Source: Eledone cirrhosa (Eukaryota). From it: a DNA stretch of 64,000 nucleotides. The position numbers and the translations under genes were made by a program. The notes under the pieces were generated by a model. That model was not told the DNA's origin. It did not search any database and was given only the letters and a program-made list of their open reading frames with translations. Positions 1 to 11,899 of this stretch are shown here, piece by piece. Position 1 is the stretch's first letter; each line of letters starts with the position of its first letter. The stretch covers positions 18,972,001 through 19,036,000 of the forward strand of contig OZ024764.1 in the NCBI GenBank assembly GCA_964016885.1, written 5' to 3'.

Positions 1-3000
1 AACAAAAAGTACTCAGTTAACACTGTAAAGTGGTCATGTAGGTGTCATAACAAAAAGTACCCAGTCCACACTGTAAAGTGGTTACGTAGGTGTCATAACC
101 AAGAGTACCCAGTCCACACTGTAAAGTGGTCATGTAGGTGTCACAACAAAAAGTACCCAGTCCACACTGTCAAGTGGTCATGTAGGTGTCACAACAAAAA
201 GTACCTAGTCCACACTGTCAACTGGTCATGTAGCTGTCACAACAAAAAGTATCCAGTCCACACTGTAATGTGGTCATGCAGGTTTCACAACAAAAAGTAC
301 CCAGTCCACACTGTAATGTGGTCATGTAGGTGTCACAACAAAAGGTACCCAGTCCACACTGTCAAGTGGTCATGTAGGTGTCACAACAAAAAGTACCCAG
401 TCCACACTGTAAAGTGGTCATGTAGGTGTCATAACAAAAAGTACCCAGTCCACACTGTAAAGTGGTCAGGTAGGTGTCACAACAAAAAGTACCCAGTCCA
501 CACTGTAAAGTGGTCATGTAGGTGTCACAACAAAAAGTACCAAGTCCACACTGTAGAGTGGTCAGGTAGGTATCATGACAAAAAGTACCCAGTCCACACT
601 GTAAAGTGGTCATGTAGGTATCATGACAAAAAGTACCCAGTCCACACTGTAAAGTGGTCATGTAGGTGTCACAACAAACAACACCCAGTCCACACTGTAA
701 AGTGGTCATGTAGGTGTCACGACAAAAAGTACCCAGTCCACCTCTGTAAAGTGGTCATGTAGGTTTCACAACAAAAAGTACCCAGTCCACACTGTAATGT
801 GGTCATGTAGGTGTCACAACAAACAGCACCCAGTCCACACTGTAAAGTGGTCATGTAGGTAACATGACAAAAAGTACCCAGTCCACCCTGTAAGGTGGTC
901 ATGTAGGTGTCACGACAAAGAGTACCCAGTCCACACTGTAAAGTGGTCATGTAGGTGTCACAACAAAAAGTACCCAGTCCACCCTGTAAAGTGGTCATGT
1001 AGGTGTCACAACAAAAAGTACCCAGTCCACACTGTAAAGTGGTCATGTAGGTGTCACAACAAAAAGTACCTAGTCCACACTGTAAAGTGGTCATGTAGCT
1101 ATCACAACAAAAAGTACCCAGTCCACACTGTAATGTGGTCATACAGGTTTCACAACAAAAAGTACCCAGTCGACACTGTAATGTGGTCATATAGGTGTCA
1201 CAACAAAAAGTACCCAGTCCACACTGTAAAGTGGTCATGTAGGTGTCACAACAAAAAGTACCCAGTCCACACTGTAAAGTGGACATGTAGGTGTCATGAC
1301 AAAAAGTACCCAGTCCACACTGTAAAGTGGTCATGTAGGTGTCACAACAAAAAGTACCCAGTCCACACTGTAAAGTGGTCATGTAGGTGTCACAACAAAA
1401 AGTACCCAGTCCACACTGTAAAGTGGTCATGTAGGTGTCACAACAAAAAGTACCCAGTCCACACTGTAAAGTGGTCATGTAGGTGTCATAACAAAAAGTA
1501 CCCAGTCCACACTGTAGAGTGGTCAGGTAGGTATCATGACAAAAAGTACCCAGTCCACACTGTAAAGTGGTCATGTAGGTGTCACAACAAAAAGTACCCA
1601 GTCCACACTGTAAAGTGGTCAAGTAGGTGTCATAACAAAAAGTACCCAGTCCACACTGTAAAGTGGTCAGGTAGGTGTCACAACAAAAAGTACCCAGTCC
1701 ACACTGTAAAGTGGTCATGTAGGTCTCACAACAAAAAGTACCCAGTCCACACTGTAAAGTGGTCATGTAGGTGTCATAACAAAAAGTACCCAGTCCACAC
1801 TGTAAAGTGGTCAGGTAGGTGTCACAACAAAAAGTACCCAGTCCACACTGTAAAGTGGTAATGTAGGTGTCATAACCAAAAGTACCCAGTCCACAGTGTA
1901 AAGTGGTCATGTAGGTGTCACAACAAAAAGTACCCAGTCCACACTATAATGTGGTCATGTAGGTGTCACAACAAAAAGTACTCAGTCCACACTGTAAAGT
2001 GGTCATGTAGGTGTCATAACAAAAAGTACCCAGTCCACACTGTAAAGTGGTTATGTAGGTGTCATAACCAAAAGTACCCAGTCCACACTGTAAAGTGGTC
2101 ATGTAGGTGTCACAACAAAAAGTACCCAGTCCACACTGTCAAGTGGTCATGTAGGTGTCACAACAAAAAGTACCTAGTCCACACTGTCAACTGGTCATGT
2201 AGCTGTCACAACAAAAAGTATCCAGTCCACACTGTAATGTGGTCATGCAGGTTTCACAACAAAAAGTACCCAGTCCACACTGTAATGTGGTCATGTAGGT
2301 GTCACAACAAAAGGTACCCAGTCCACACTGTCAAGTGGTCATGTAGGTGTCACAACAAAAAGTACCCAGTCCACACTGTAAAGTGGTCATGTAGGTGTCA
2401 TAACAAAAAGTACCCAGTCCACACTGTAAAGTGGTCAGGTAGGTGTCACAACAAAAAGTACCCAGTCCACACTGTAAAGTGGTCATGTAGGTGTCACAAC
2501 AAAAAGTACCAAGTCCACACTGTAGAGTGGTCAGGTAGGTATCATGACAAAAAGTACCCAGTCCACACTGTAAAGTGGTCATGTAGGTATCATGACAAAA
2601 AGTACCCAGTCCACACTGTAAAGTGGTCATGTAGGTGTCACAACAAACAACACCCAGTCCACACTGTAAAGTGGTCATGTAGGTGTCACGACAAAAAGTA
2701 CCCAGTCCACCTCTGTAAAGTGGTCATGTAGGTTTCACAACAAAAAGTACCCAGTCCACACTGTAATGTGGTCATGTAGGTGTCACAACAAACAGCACCC
2801 AGTCCACACTGTAAAGTGGTCATGTAGGTATCATGACAAAAAGTACCCAGTCCACCCTGTAAGGTGGTCATGTAGGTGTCACGACAAAAAGTACCCAGTC
2901 CACACTGTAAAGTGGTCATGTAGGTGTCACAACAAAAAGTACCCAGTCCACCCTGTAAAGTGGTCATGTAGGTGTCACAACAAAAAGTACCCAGTCCACA

Positions 3001-3841
3001 CTGTAAAGTGGTCATGTAGGTGTCACAACAAAAAGTACCTAGTCCACACTGTAAAGTGGTCATGTAGCTATCACAACAAAAAGTACCCAGTCCACACTGT
3101 AATGTGGTCATACAGGTTTCACAACAAAAAGTACCCAGTCGACACTGTAATGTGGTAATATAGGTGTCACAACAAAAAGTACCCAGTCCACACTGTAAAG
3201 TGGTCATGTAGGTGTCACAACAAAAAGTACCCAGTCCACACTGTAAAGTGGACATGTAGGTGTCATGACAAAAAGTACCCAGTCCACACTGTAAAGTGGT
3301 CATGTAGGTGTCACAACAAAAAGTACCCAGTCCACACTGTAAAGTGGTCATGTAGGTGTCACAACAAAAAGTACCCAGTCCACACTGTAAAGTGGTCATG
3401 TAGGTGTCACAACAAAAAGTACCCAGTCCACACTGTAAAGTGGTCATGTAGGTGTCATAACAAAAAGTACCCAGTCCACACTGTAGAGTGATCAGGTAGG
3501 TATCATGACAAAAAGTACCCAGTCCACACTGTAAAGTGGTCATGTAGGTGTCACAACAAAAAGTACCCAGTCCACACTGTAAAGTGGTCAAGTAGGTGTC
3601 ATAACAAAAAGTACCCAGTCCACACTGTAAAGTGGTCAGGTAGGTGTCACAACAAAAAGTACCCAGTCCACACTGTAAAATGGTCATGTAGGTCTCACAA
3701 CAAAAAGTACCCAGTCCACACTGTAAAGTGGTCATGTAGGTGTCATAACAAAAAGTATCCAGTCCACACTGTAAAGTGGTCAGGTAGGTGTCACAACAAA
3801 AAGTACCCAGTCCACACTGTAAAGTGGTAATGTAGGTGTCA
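1..3841. repeat. Higher-order tandem duplication, period 1969 bp (41 monomers: 40x48+49), two slightly diverged copies
   Basis: Rare markers repeat at +1969: TACTCAG 10/1979, GTCAACTGG 217/2186, CACCTCT 739/2708, GTCGAC 1169/3138. ORFs 362..709 and 2331..2678 are identical. Roughly ten SNVs separate the copies. Confidence 0.93.
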
Positions 3842-4259
3842 CAACAAAAAGTACCCAGTCCACACTGTAAAGTGGTCATGTAGGTGTCACAACAAAAAGT
3901 ACCCAGTCCACACTGTAAAGTGGTCATGTAGGTGTCACAACAAAAGTACCCAGTCCACACTGTAAAGTGGTCATGTAGGTGTCACAACAAAAAGTACCCA
4001 GTCCACACTGTAAAGTGGTCATGTAGGTGTCACAACAAAAAGTACCCAGTCCACACTGTAAAGTGGTCATGTAGGTGTCAAAACAAAAAGTACCCAGTCC
4101 ACACTGTAAAGTGGTCATGTAGGTGTCACAACAAAAAGTACCCAGTCCACCCTGTAAAGTGGTCATATACGTGTCACAACAAAAATTACCCAGTCCACCC
4201 TGTAAAGTGGTCATGTATGTGTCACAACAAAAAGTATCCAGTCCACACTGTAAAGTAGT

Positions 4260-5340
4260 CATGTAGGTGTCATAACAAAAAGTACCCAGTCCACACTGTA
4301 AAGTGGTCAGGTAGGTGTCACAACAAAAAGTACCCAGTCCACACTGTAAAGTGGTCATGTAGGTGTCACAACAAAAAGTACCCAGTCCACACTGTAAAGT
4401 GGTCATGTAGGTGTCATAACAAAAAGTATCCAGTCCACACTGTAAAGTGGTCAGGTAGGTGTCACAACAAAAAGTACCCAGTCCACACTGTAAAGTGGTC
4501 ATGTAGGTGTCACAACAAAAAGTACCCAGTCCACACTGTAAAGTGGTCATGTATGTGTCACAACAAAAAGTACCCAGTCCACACTGTAAAGTGGTCATGT
4601 AGGTGTCACAACAAAAAGTACCCAGTCCACACTGTAAAGTGGTCATGTAGGTGTCATAACAAAAAGTACCCAGTCCACACTGTAAAGTGGTCAGGTAGGT
4701 GTCACAACAAAAAGTACCCAGTCCACACTGTAAAGTGGTCATGTAGGTGTCACAACAAAAAGTACCCAGTCCACACTGTAAAGTGGTCATGTAGGTGTCA
4801 TAACAAAAAGTACCCAGTCCACACTGTAAAGTGGTCAGGTAGGTGTCACAACAAAAAGTACCCAGTCCACACTGTAAAGTGGTCATGTAGGTGTCACAAC
4901 AAAAAGTACCCAGTCCACACTGTAAAGTGGTCATGTATGTGTCACAACAAAAAGTACCCAGTCCACACTGTAAAGTGGTCATGTAGGTGTCACAACAAAA
5001 AGTACCCAGTCCACACTGTAAAGTGGTCATGTAGGTGTCATAACAAAAAGTACCCAGTCCACACTGTAAAGTGGTCAGGTAGGTGTCACAACAAAAAGTA
5101 CCCAGTCCACACTGTAAAGTGGTCATGTAGGTGTCACAACAAAAAGTACCCAGTCCACACTGTAAAGTGGTCATGTAGGTGTCATAACAAAAAGTACCCA
5201 GTCCACACTGTAAAGTGGTCAGGTAGGTGTCACAACAAAAAGTACCCAGTCCACACTGTAAAGTGGTCATGTAGGTGTCACAACAAAAAGTACCCAGTCC
5301 ACACTGTAAAGTGGTCATGTATGTGTCACAACAAAAAGTA
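4260..5340. repeat. Local 8-mer (384-bp) higher-order repeat built from 3+5 monomers, ~3 copies
   Basis: The TCAGG variant lies at about 4307, 4451, 4691, 4835, 5075 and 5219 (gaps 144, 240, 144, 240, 144). The GTATGTG variant lies at about 4551, 4935 and 5319 (gap 384). Confidence 0.85.
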
Positions 5341-8300
5341 CCCAGTCCACACTGTAAAGTGGTCATGTATGTGTCACAACAAAAAGTACCCAGTCCACAC
5401 TGTAAAGTGGTCATGTAGGTGTCACAACAAAAAGTACCCAGTCCACACTGTAAAGTGGTCATGTAGGTGTCACAACAAAAAGTACCAAGTCCACACTGTA
5501 AAGTGGTCATGTAGATGTCATAACAAAAAGTACCCAGTCCACACTGTAGAGTGGTCATGTAGATGTCATAACAAAAAGTACCCAGTCCACACTGTAGAGT
5601 GGTCAGGTAGGTATCATGACAAAAAGTACCCAGTCCACACTGTAAAGTGGTCATGTAGGTGTCACAACAAACAACACCCAGTCCACACTGTAAAGTGGTC
5701 ATGTAGGTGTCACGACAAAAAGTACCCAGTCCACACTGTAAAGTGGTCATGTAGGTTTCACAACAAAAAGTACCCAGTCCACACTGTAATGTGGTCATGT
5801 AGGTGTCACAACAAACAGCACCCAGTCCACACTGTAAAGTGGTCATGTAGGTATCATGACAAAAAGTACCCAGTCCACCCTGTAAGGTGGTCATGTAGGT
5901 GTCACGACAAAAAGTACCCAGTCCACACTGTAAAGTGGTCATGTAGGTGTCACAACAAAAAGTACCCAGTCCACCCTGTAAAGTGGTCATGTAGGTGTCA
6001 CAACAAAAAGTACCCAGTCCACACTGTAAAGTGGTCATGTAGGTGTCACAACAAAAAGTACCCAGTCCACCCTGTAAAGTGGTCATGTAGGTGTCACAAC
6101 AAAAAGTACCCAGTCCACACTGTAAAGTGGTCATGTAGGTGTCACAACAAAAAGTACCCAGTCCACACTGTAAAGTGGTCATGTAGGTGTCACAACAAAA
6201 AGTACCTAGTCCACACTGTAAAGTGGTCATGTAGCTATCACAACAAAAAGTACCCAGTCCACACTGTAATGTGGTCATACAGGTTTCACAACAAAAAGTA
6301 CCCAGTCGACACTGTAATGTGGTCATATAGGTGTCACAACAAAAAGTACCCAGTCCACACTGTAAAGTGGTCATGTAGGTGTCACAACAAAAAGTACCCA
6401 GTCCACACTGTAAAGTGGACATGTAGGTGTCATGACAAAAAGTACCCAGTCCACACTGTAAAGTGGTCATGTAGGTGTCACAACAAAAAGTACCCAGTCC
6501 ACACTGTAAAGTGGTCATGTAGGTGTCACAACAAAAAGTACCCAGTCCACACTGTAAAGTGGTCATGTAGGTGTCACAACAAAAAGTACCCAGTCCACAC
6601 TGTAAAGTGGTCATGTAGGTGTCATAAAAAAAAGTACCCAGTCCACACTGTAGAGTGGTCAGGTAGGTATCATGACAAAAAGTACCCAGTCCACACTGTA
6701 AAGTGGTCATGTAGGTGTCACAACAAAAAGTACCCAGTCCACACTGTAAAGTGGTCAAGTAGGTGTCATAACAAAAAGTACCCAGTCCACACTGTAAAGT
6801 GGTCAGGTAGGTGTCACAACAAAAAGTACCCAGTCCACACTGTAAAGTGGTCAGGTAGGTGTCCCAACAAAAAGTACCCAGTCCACACTGTAAAGTGGTC
6901 ATGTAGGTGTCACAACAAAAAGTACCCAGTCTACACTGTAAAGTGGTCATGTAGGTGTCACAACAAAATATACCCAGTCGACACTGTAATGTGGTCATAT
7001 AGGTGTCACAACAAAAAGTACCCAGTCCACACTGTAAAGTGGTCATGTAGGTGTCACAACAAAAAGTACCCAGTCCACACTGTAAAGTGGACATGTAGGT
7101 GTCATGACAAAAAGTACCCAGTCCACACTGTAAAGTGGTCATGTAGGTGTCACAACAAAAAGTACCCAGTCCACACTGTAAAGTGGTCATGTAGGTGTCA
7201 CAACAAAAAGTACCCAGTCCACACTGTAAAGTGGTCATGTAGGTGTCACAACAAAAAGTACCCAGTCCACACTGTAGAGTGGTCAGGTAGGTATCATGAC
7301 AAAAAGTACCCAGTCCACACTGTAAAGTGGTCATGTAGGTGTCACAACAAAAAGTACCCAGTCCACACTGTAAAGTGGTCAAGTAGGTGTCATAACAAAA
7401 AGTACCCAGTCCACACTGTAAAGTGGTCAGGTAGGTGTCACAACAAAAAGTACCCAGTCCACACTGTAAAGTGGTCATGTAGGTCTCACAACAAAAAGTA
7501 CCCAGTCCACACTGTAAAGTGGTCATGTAGGTGTCATAACAAAAAGTATCCAGTCCACACTGTAAAGTGGTCAGGTAGGTGTCACAACAAAAAGTACCCA
7601 GTCCACACTGTAAAGTGGTAATGTAGGTGTCACAACAAAAAGTACCCAGTCCACACTGTAAAGTGGTCATGTAGGTGTCACAACAAAAAGTACCCAGTCC
7701 ACACTGTAAAGTGGTCATGTAGGTGTCACAACAAAAGTACCCAGTCCACACTGTAAAGTGGTCATGTAGGTGTCACAACAAAAAGTACCCAGTCCACACT
7801 GTAAAGTGGTCATGTAGGTGTCACAACAAAAAGTACCCAGTCCACACTGTAAAGTGGTCATGTAGGTGTCAAAACAAAAAGTACCCAGTCCACACTGTAA
7901 AGTGGTCATGTAGGTGTCACAACAAAAAGTACCCAGTCCACCCTGTAAAGTGGTCATATACGTGTCACAACAAAAATTACCCAGTCCACCCTGTAAAGTG
8001 GTCATGTATGTGTCACAACAAAAAGTACCCAGTCCACACTGTAAAGTGGTCATGTAGGTGTCATAACAAAAAGTACCCAGTCCACACTGTAAAGTGGTCA
8101 GGTAGGTGGCACAACAAAAAGTACCCAGTCCACACTGTAAAGTGGTCATGTAGGTGTCACAACAAAAAGTACCAAGTCCACACTGTAAAGTGGTCATGTA
8201 GGTGTCACAACAAAAAGTACCCAGTCCACACTGTAAAGTGGTCATGTAGGTGTCACAACAAAAAGTACCAAGTCCACACTGTAGAGTGGTCAGGTAGGTA

Positions 8301-11300
8301 TCATGACAAAAAGTACCCAGTCCACACTGTAAAGTGGTCATGTAGGTGTCATGACAAAAAGTACCCAGTCCACACTGTAAAGTGGTCATGTAGGTGTCAT
8401 GACAAAAAGTACCAAGTCCACACTGTAAAGTGGTCATGTAGGTGTCATGACAAAAAGTACCCAGTCCACACTGTAAAGTGGTCATGTAGGTATCATGACA
8501 AAAAGTACCCAGTCCACACTGTAAAGTGGTAATGTAGGTGTCACAAAAAAAAACAACACCCAGTCCACACTGTAAAGTGGTCATGTAGGTGTCACGACAA
8601 AAAGTACCCAGTCCACCTCTGTAAAGTGGTCATGTAGGTGTCACAACAAAAAGTACCCAGTCCACACTGTAAAGTGGTAATGTAGGTGTCACAAAAAAAA
8701 ACAACACCCAGTCCACACTGTAAAGTGGTCATGTAGGTGTCACGACAAAAAGTACCCAGTCCACCTCTGTAAAGTGGTCATGTAGGTGTCACAACAAAAA
8801 GTACCCAGTCCACCTCTGTAAAGTGGTCATGTAGGTGTCACGACAAAAAGTACCCAGTCCACACTGTAGAGTGGTCATGTAGGTGTCACAACAAAAAGTA
8901 CCCAGTCCACACTGTAAAGTGGTCATGTAGGTGTCATAACAAAAAGTACCCAGTCCACACTGTAGAGTGGTCAGGTAGGTATCATGACAAAAAGTACCCA
9001 GTCCACACTGTAAAGTGGTCATGTAGGTGTCACAACAAAAAGTATCCAGTCCACACTGTAAAGTAGTCATGTAGGTGTCATAACAAAAAGTACCCAGTCC
9101 ACACTGTAAAGTGGTCAGGTAGGTGTCACAACAAAAAGTACCCAGTCCACACTGTAAAGTGGTCATGTAGGTGTCACAACAAAAAGTACCCAGTCCACAC
9201 TGTAAAGTGGTCATGTAGGTGTCATAACAAAAAGTACCCAGTCCACACTGTAAAGTGGTCAGGTAGGTGTCACAACAAAAAGTACCCAGTCCACACTGTA
9301 AAGTGGTCATGTAGGTGTCACAACAAAAAGTACCCAGTCCACACTGTAAAGTGGTCATGTATGTGTCACAACAAAAAGTACCCAGTCCACACTGTAAAGT
9401 GGTCATGTAGGTGTCACAACAAAAAGTACCCAGTCCACACTGTAAAGTGGTCATGTAGATGTCATAACAAAAAGTACCCAGTCCACACTGTAGAGTGGTC
9501 AGGTAGGTATCATGACAAAAAGTACCCAGTCCACACTGTAAAGTGGTAATGTAGGTGTCACAAAAAAAAACAACACCCAGTCCACACTGTAAAGTGGTCA
9601 TGTAGGTGTCATAACAAAAAGTACCCAATCCACACTGTAAAGTGGTCATGTAGGTGTCACAACAAAAAGTACCCAGTCCACACTGTAAAGTGGTCATGTA
9701 GGTGTCATAACAAAAAGTACCCAGTCCACACTGTAAAGTGGTCATGTAGGTGTCACAACAAAAAGTACCAAGTCCACACTGTAGAGAGGTCAGGTAGGTA
9801 TCATGACAAAAAGTACCCAGTCCACACTGTAAAGTGGTCATGTAGGTATCATGACAAAAAGTACCCAGTCCACACTGTAAAGTGGTAATGTAGGTGTCAC
9901 AAAAAAAAACAACACCCAGTCCACACTGTAAAGTGGTCATGTAGGTGTCACGACAAAAAGTACCCAGTCCCCCTCTGTAAAGTGGTCATGTAGGTGTCAC
10001 AACAAAAAGTACCCAGTCCACACTGTAAAGTGGTCATGTAGGTGTCACAACAAAAAGTACCCAGTCCACACTGTAAAGTGGTCATGTAGGTGTCATAACA
10101 AAAAGTACCCAGTCCACACTGTAAAGTGGTCAGGTAGGTGTCACAACAAAAAGTACCCAGTCCACACTGTAAAGTGGTCATGTAGGTGTCACAACAAAAA
10201 GTACCCAGTCCACACTGTAAAGTGGTCATGTAGGTGTCATAACAAAAAGTACCCAGTCCACACTGTAAAGTGGTCAGGTAGGTGGCACAACAAAAAGTAC
10301 CCAGTCCACACTGTAAAGTGGTCATGTAGGTGTCACAACAAAAAGTACCAAGTCCACACTGTAGAGTGGTCAGGTAGGTATCATGACAAAAAGTACCCAG
10401 TCCACACTGTAAAGTGGTCATGTAGGTATCATGACAAAAAGTACCCAGTCCACACTGTAAAGTGGTAATGTAGGTGTCACAAAAAAAACAACACCCAGTC
10501 CACACTGTAAAGTGGTCATGTAGGTGTCACGACAAAAAGTACCCAGTCCACCTCTGTAAAGTGGTCATGTAGGTGTCACAACAAAAAGTACCCAGTCCAC
10601 ACTGTAAAGTGGTCATGTAGGTGTCACAACAAAAAGTACCCAGTCCACACTGTAATGTGGTCATGTAGGTGTCACAACAAAAAGTACTCAGTCCACACTG
10701 TAAAGTGGTCATGTAGGTGTCACAACAAAAAGTACCCAGTCCACCCTGTAAAGTGGTCATGTAGGTGTCACAACAAAAAGTACCCAGTCCACACTGTAAA
10801 GTGGTCATGTAGCTGTCACAACAAAAAGTACCCAATCCACACTGTAATGTGGTCATACAGGTTTCACAACAAAAAGTACCCAGTCCACACTGTAATGTGG
10901 TCATATAGGTGTCGCAACAAAAAGTACCCAGACCACACTGTAAAGTGGTGATGTAGGTGTCACAACAAAAAGTACCCAGTCCACACTGTAACGTGGACAT
11001 GTAGGTGTCATGACAAAAAGTACCCAGTCCACACTGTAAAGTGGTCATGTAGGTGTCACAACAAAAAGTACCCAGTCCACACTGTAAAGTGGTCATGTAG
11101 GGGTCACAACAAAAAGTACCCAGTCCACACTGTAAAGTGGTCATGTAGGTGTCACAACAAAAAGTACCCAGGCCACACTGTAAAGTGGTCATGTAGGTGT
11201 CACAACAAAATATACCCAGTCCACACTGTAAAGTGGTCATGTAGGTGTCACAACAAAAAGTACCCAGTCCACACTGTAAAGTGGTCATGTAGGTGTCACA

Positions 11301-11899
11301 ACAAAAAGTACCCAGTCCACACTGTAAAGTTGTCATGTAGGTGTCACAACAAAAAGTACCCAGTCCACCCTGTAAAGTGGTCATATATGTGTCACAACAA
11401 AAGGTACCCAGTCCACCCTGTAAAGTGGTCATGTATGTGTCACAACAAAAAGTACCCAGTCCACACTGTAAAGTGGTCATGTATGTGTCACAACAAAAAG
11501 TACCCAGTCCACACTGTAAAGTGGTCATGTAGGTGTCACAACAAAAAGTACCCAGTCCACACTGTAAAGTGGTCATGTAGGTGTCACAACAAAAGGTACA
11601 CAGTCCACACTGTAAAGTGGTCATGTAGGTGTCACAACAAAAAGTACCCAGTCCACACTGTAAAGTGGTCATGTAGGTGTCACAACAAAAAGTACCCAGT
11701 CCACACTGTAAAGTGGTCATGTAGGTGTCACAACAAAAAGTACCCAGTCCACCCTGTAAAGTGGTCATGTATGTGTCACAACAAAAAGTACCCAGTCCAC
11801 ACTGTAAAGTGGTCATGTATGTGTCACAACAAAATTACCCAGTCCACACTGTAAAGTGGTCATGTAGGTGTCACAACAAAAAGTACCCAGTCCACACTG

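Noticed and set aside
4553-7621. CRCH/CMCH as heme-binding or zinc-finger motifs
   Set aside because: The motif is CxCH rather than the canonical CxxCH, lacks C2H2 spacing and linker, and the frame is repeatedly broken by amplified stops.
10478-10498. 50-bp monomer (A8 instead of A9) as a distinct class
   Set aside because: It is a singleton homopolymer-length change and may be a sequencing error.
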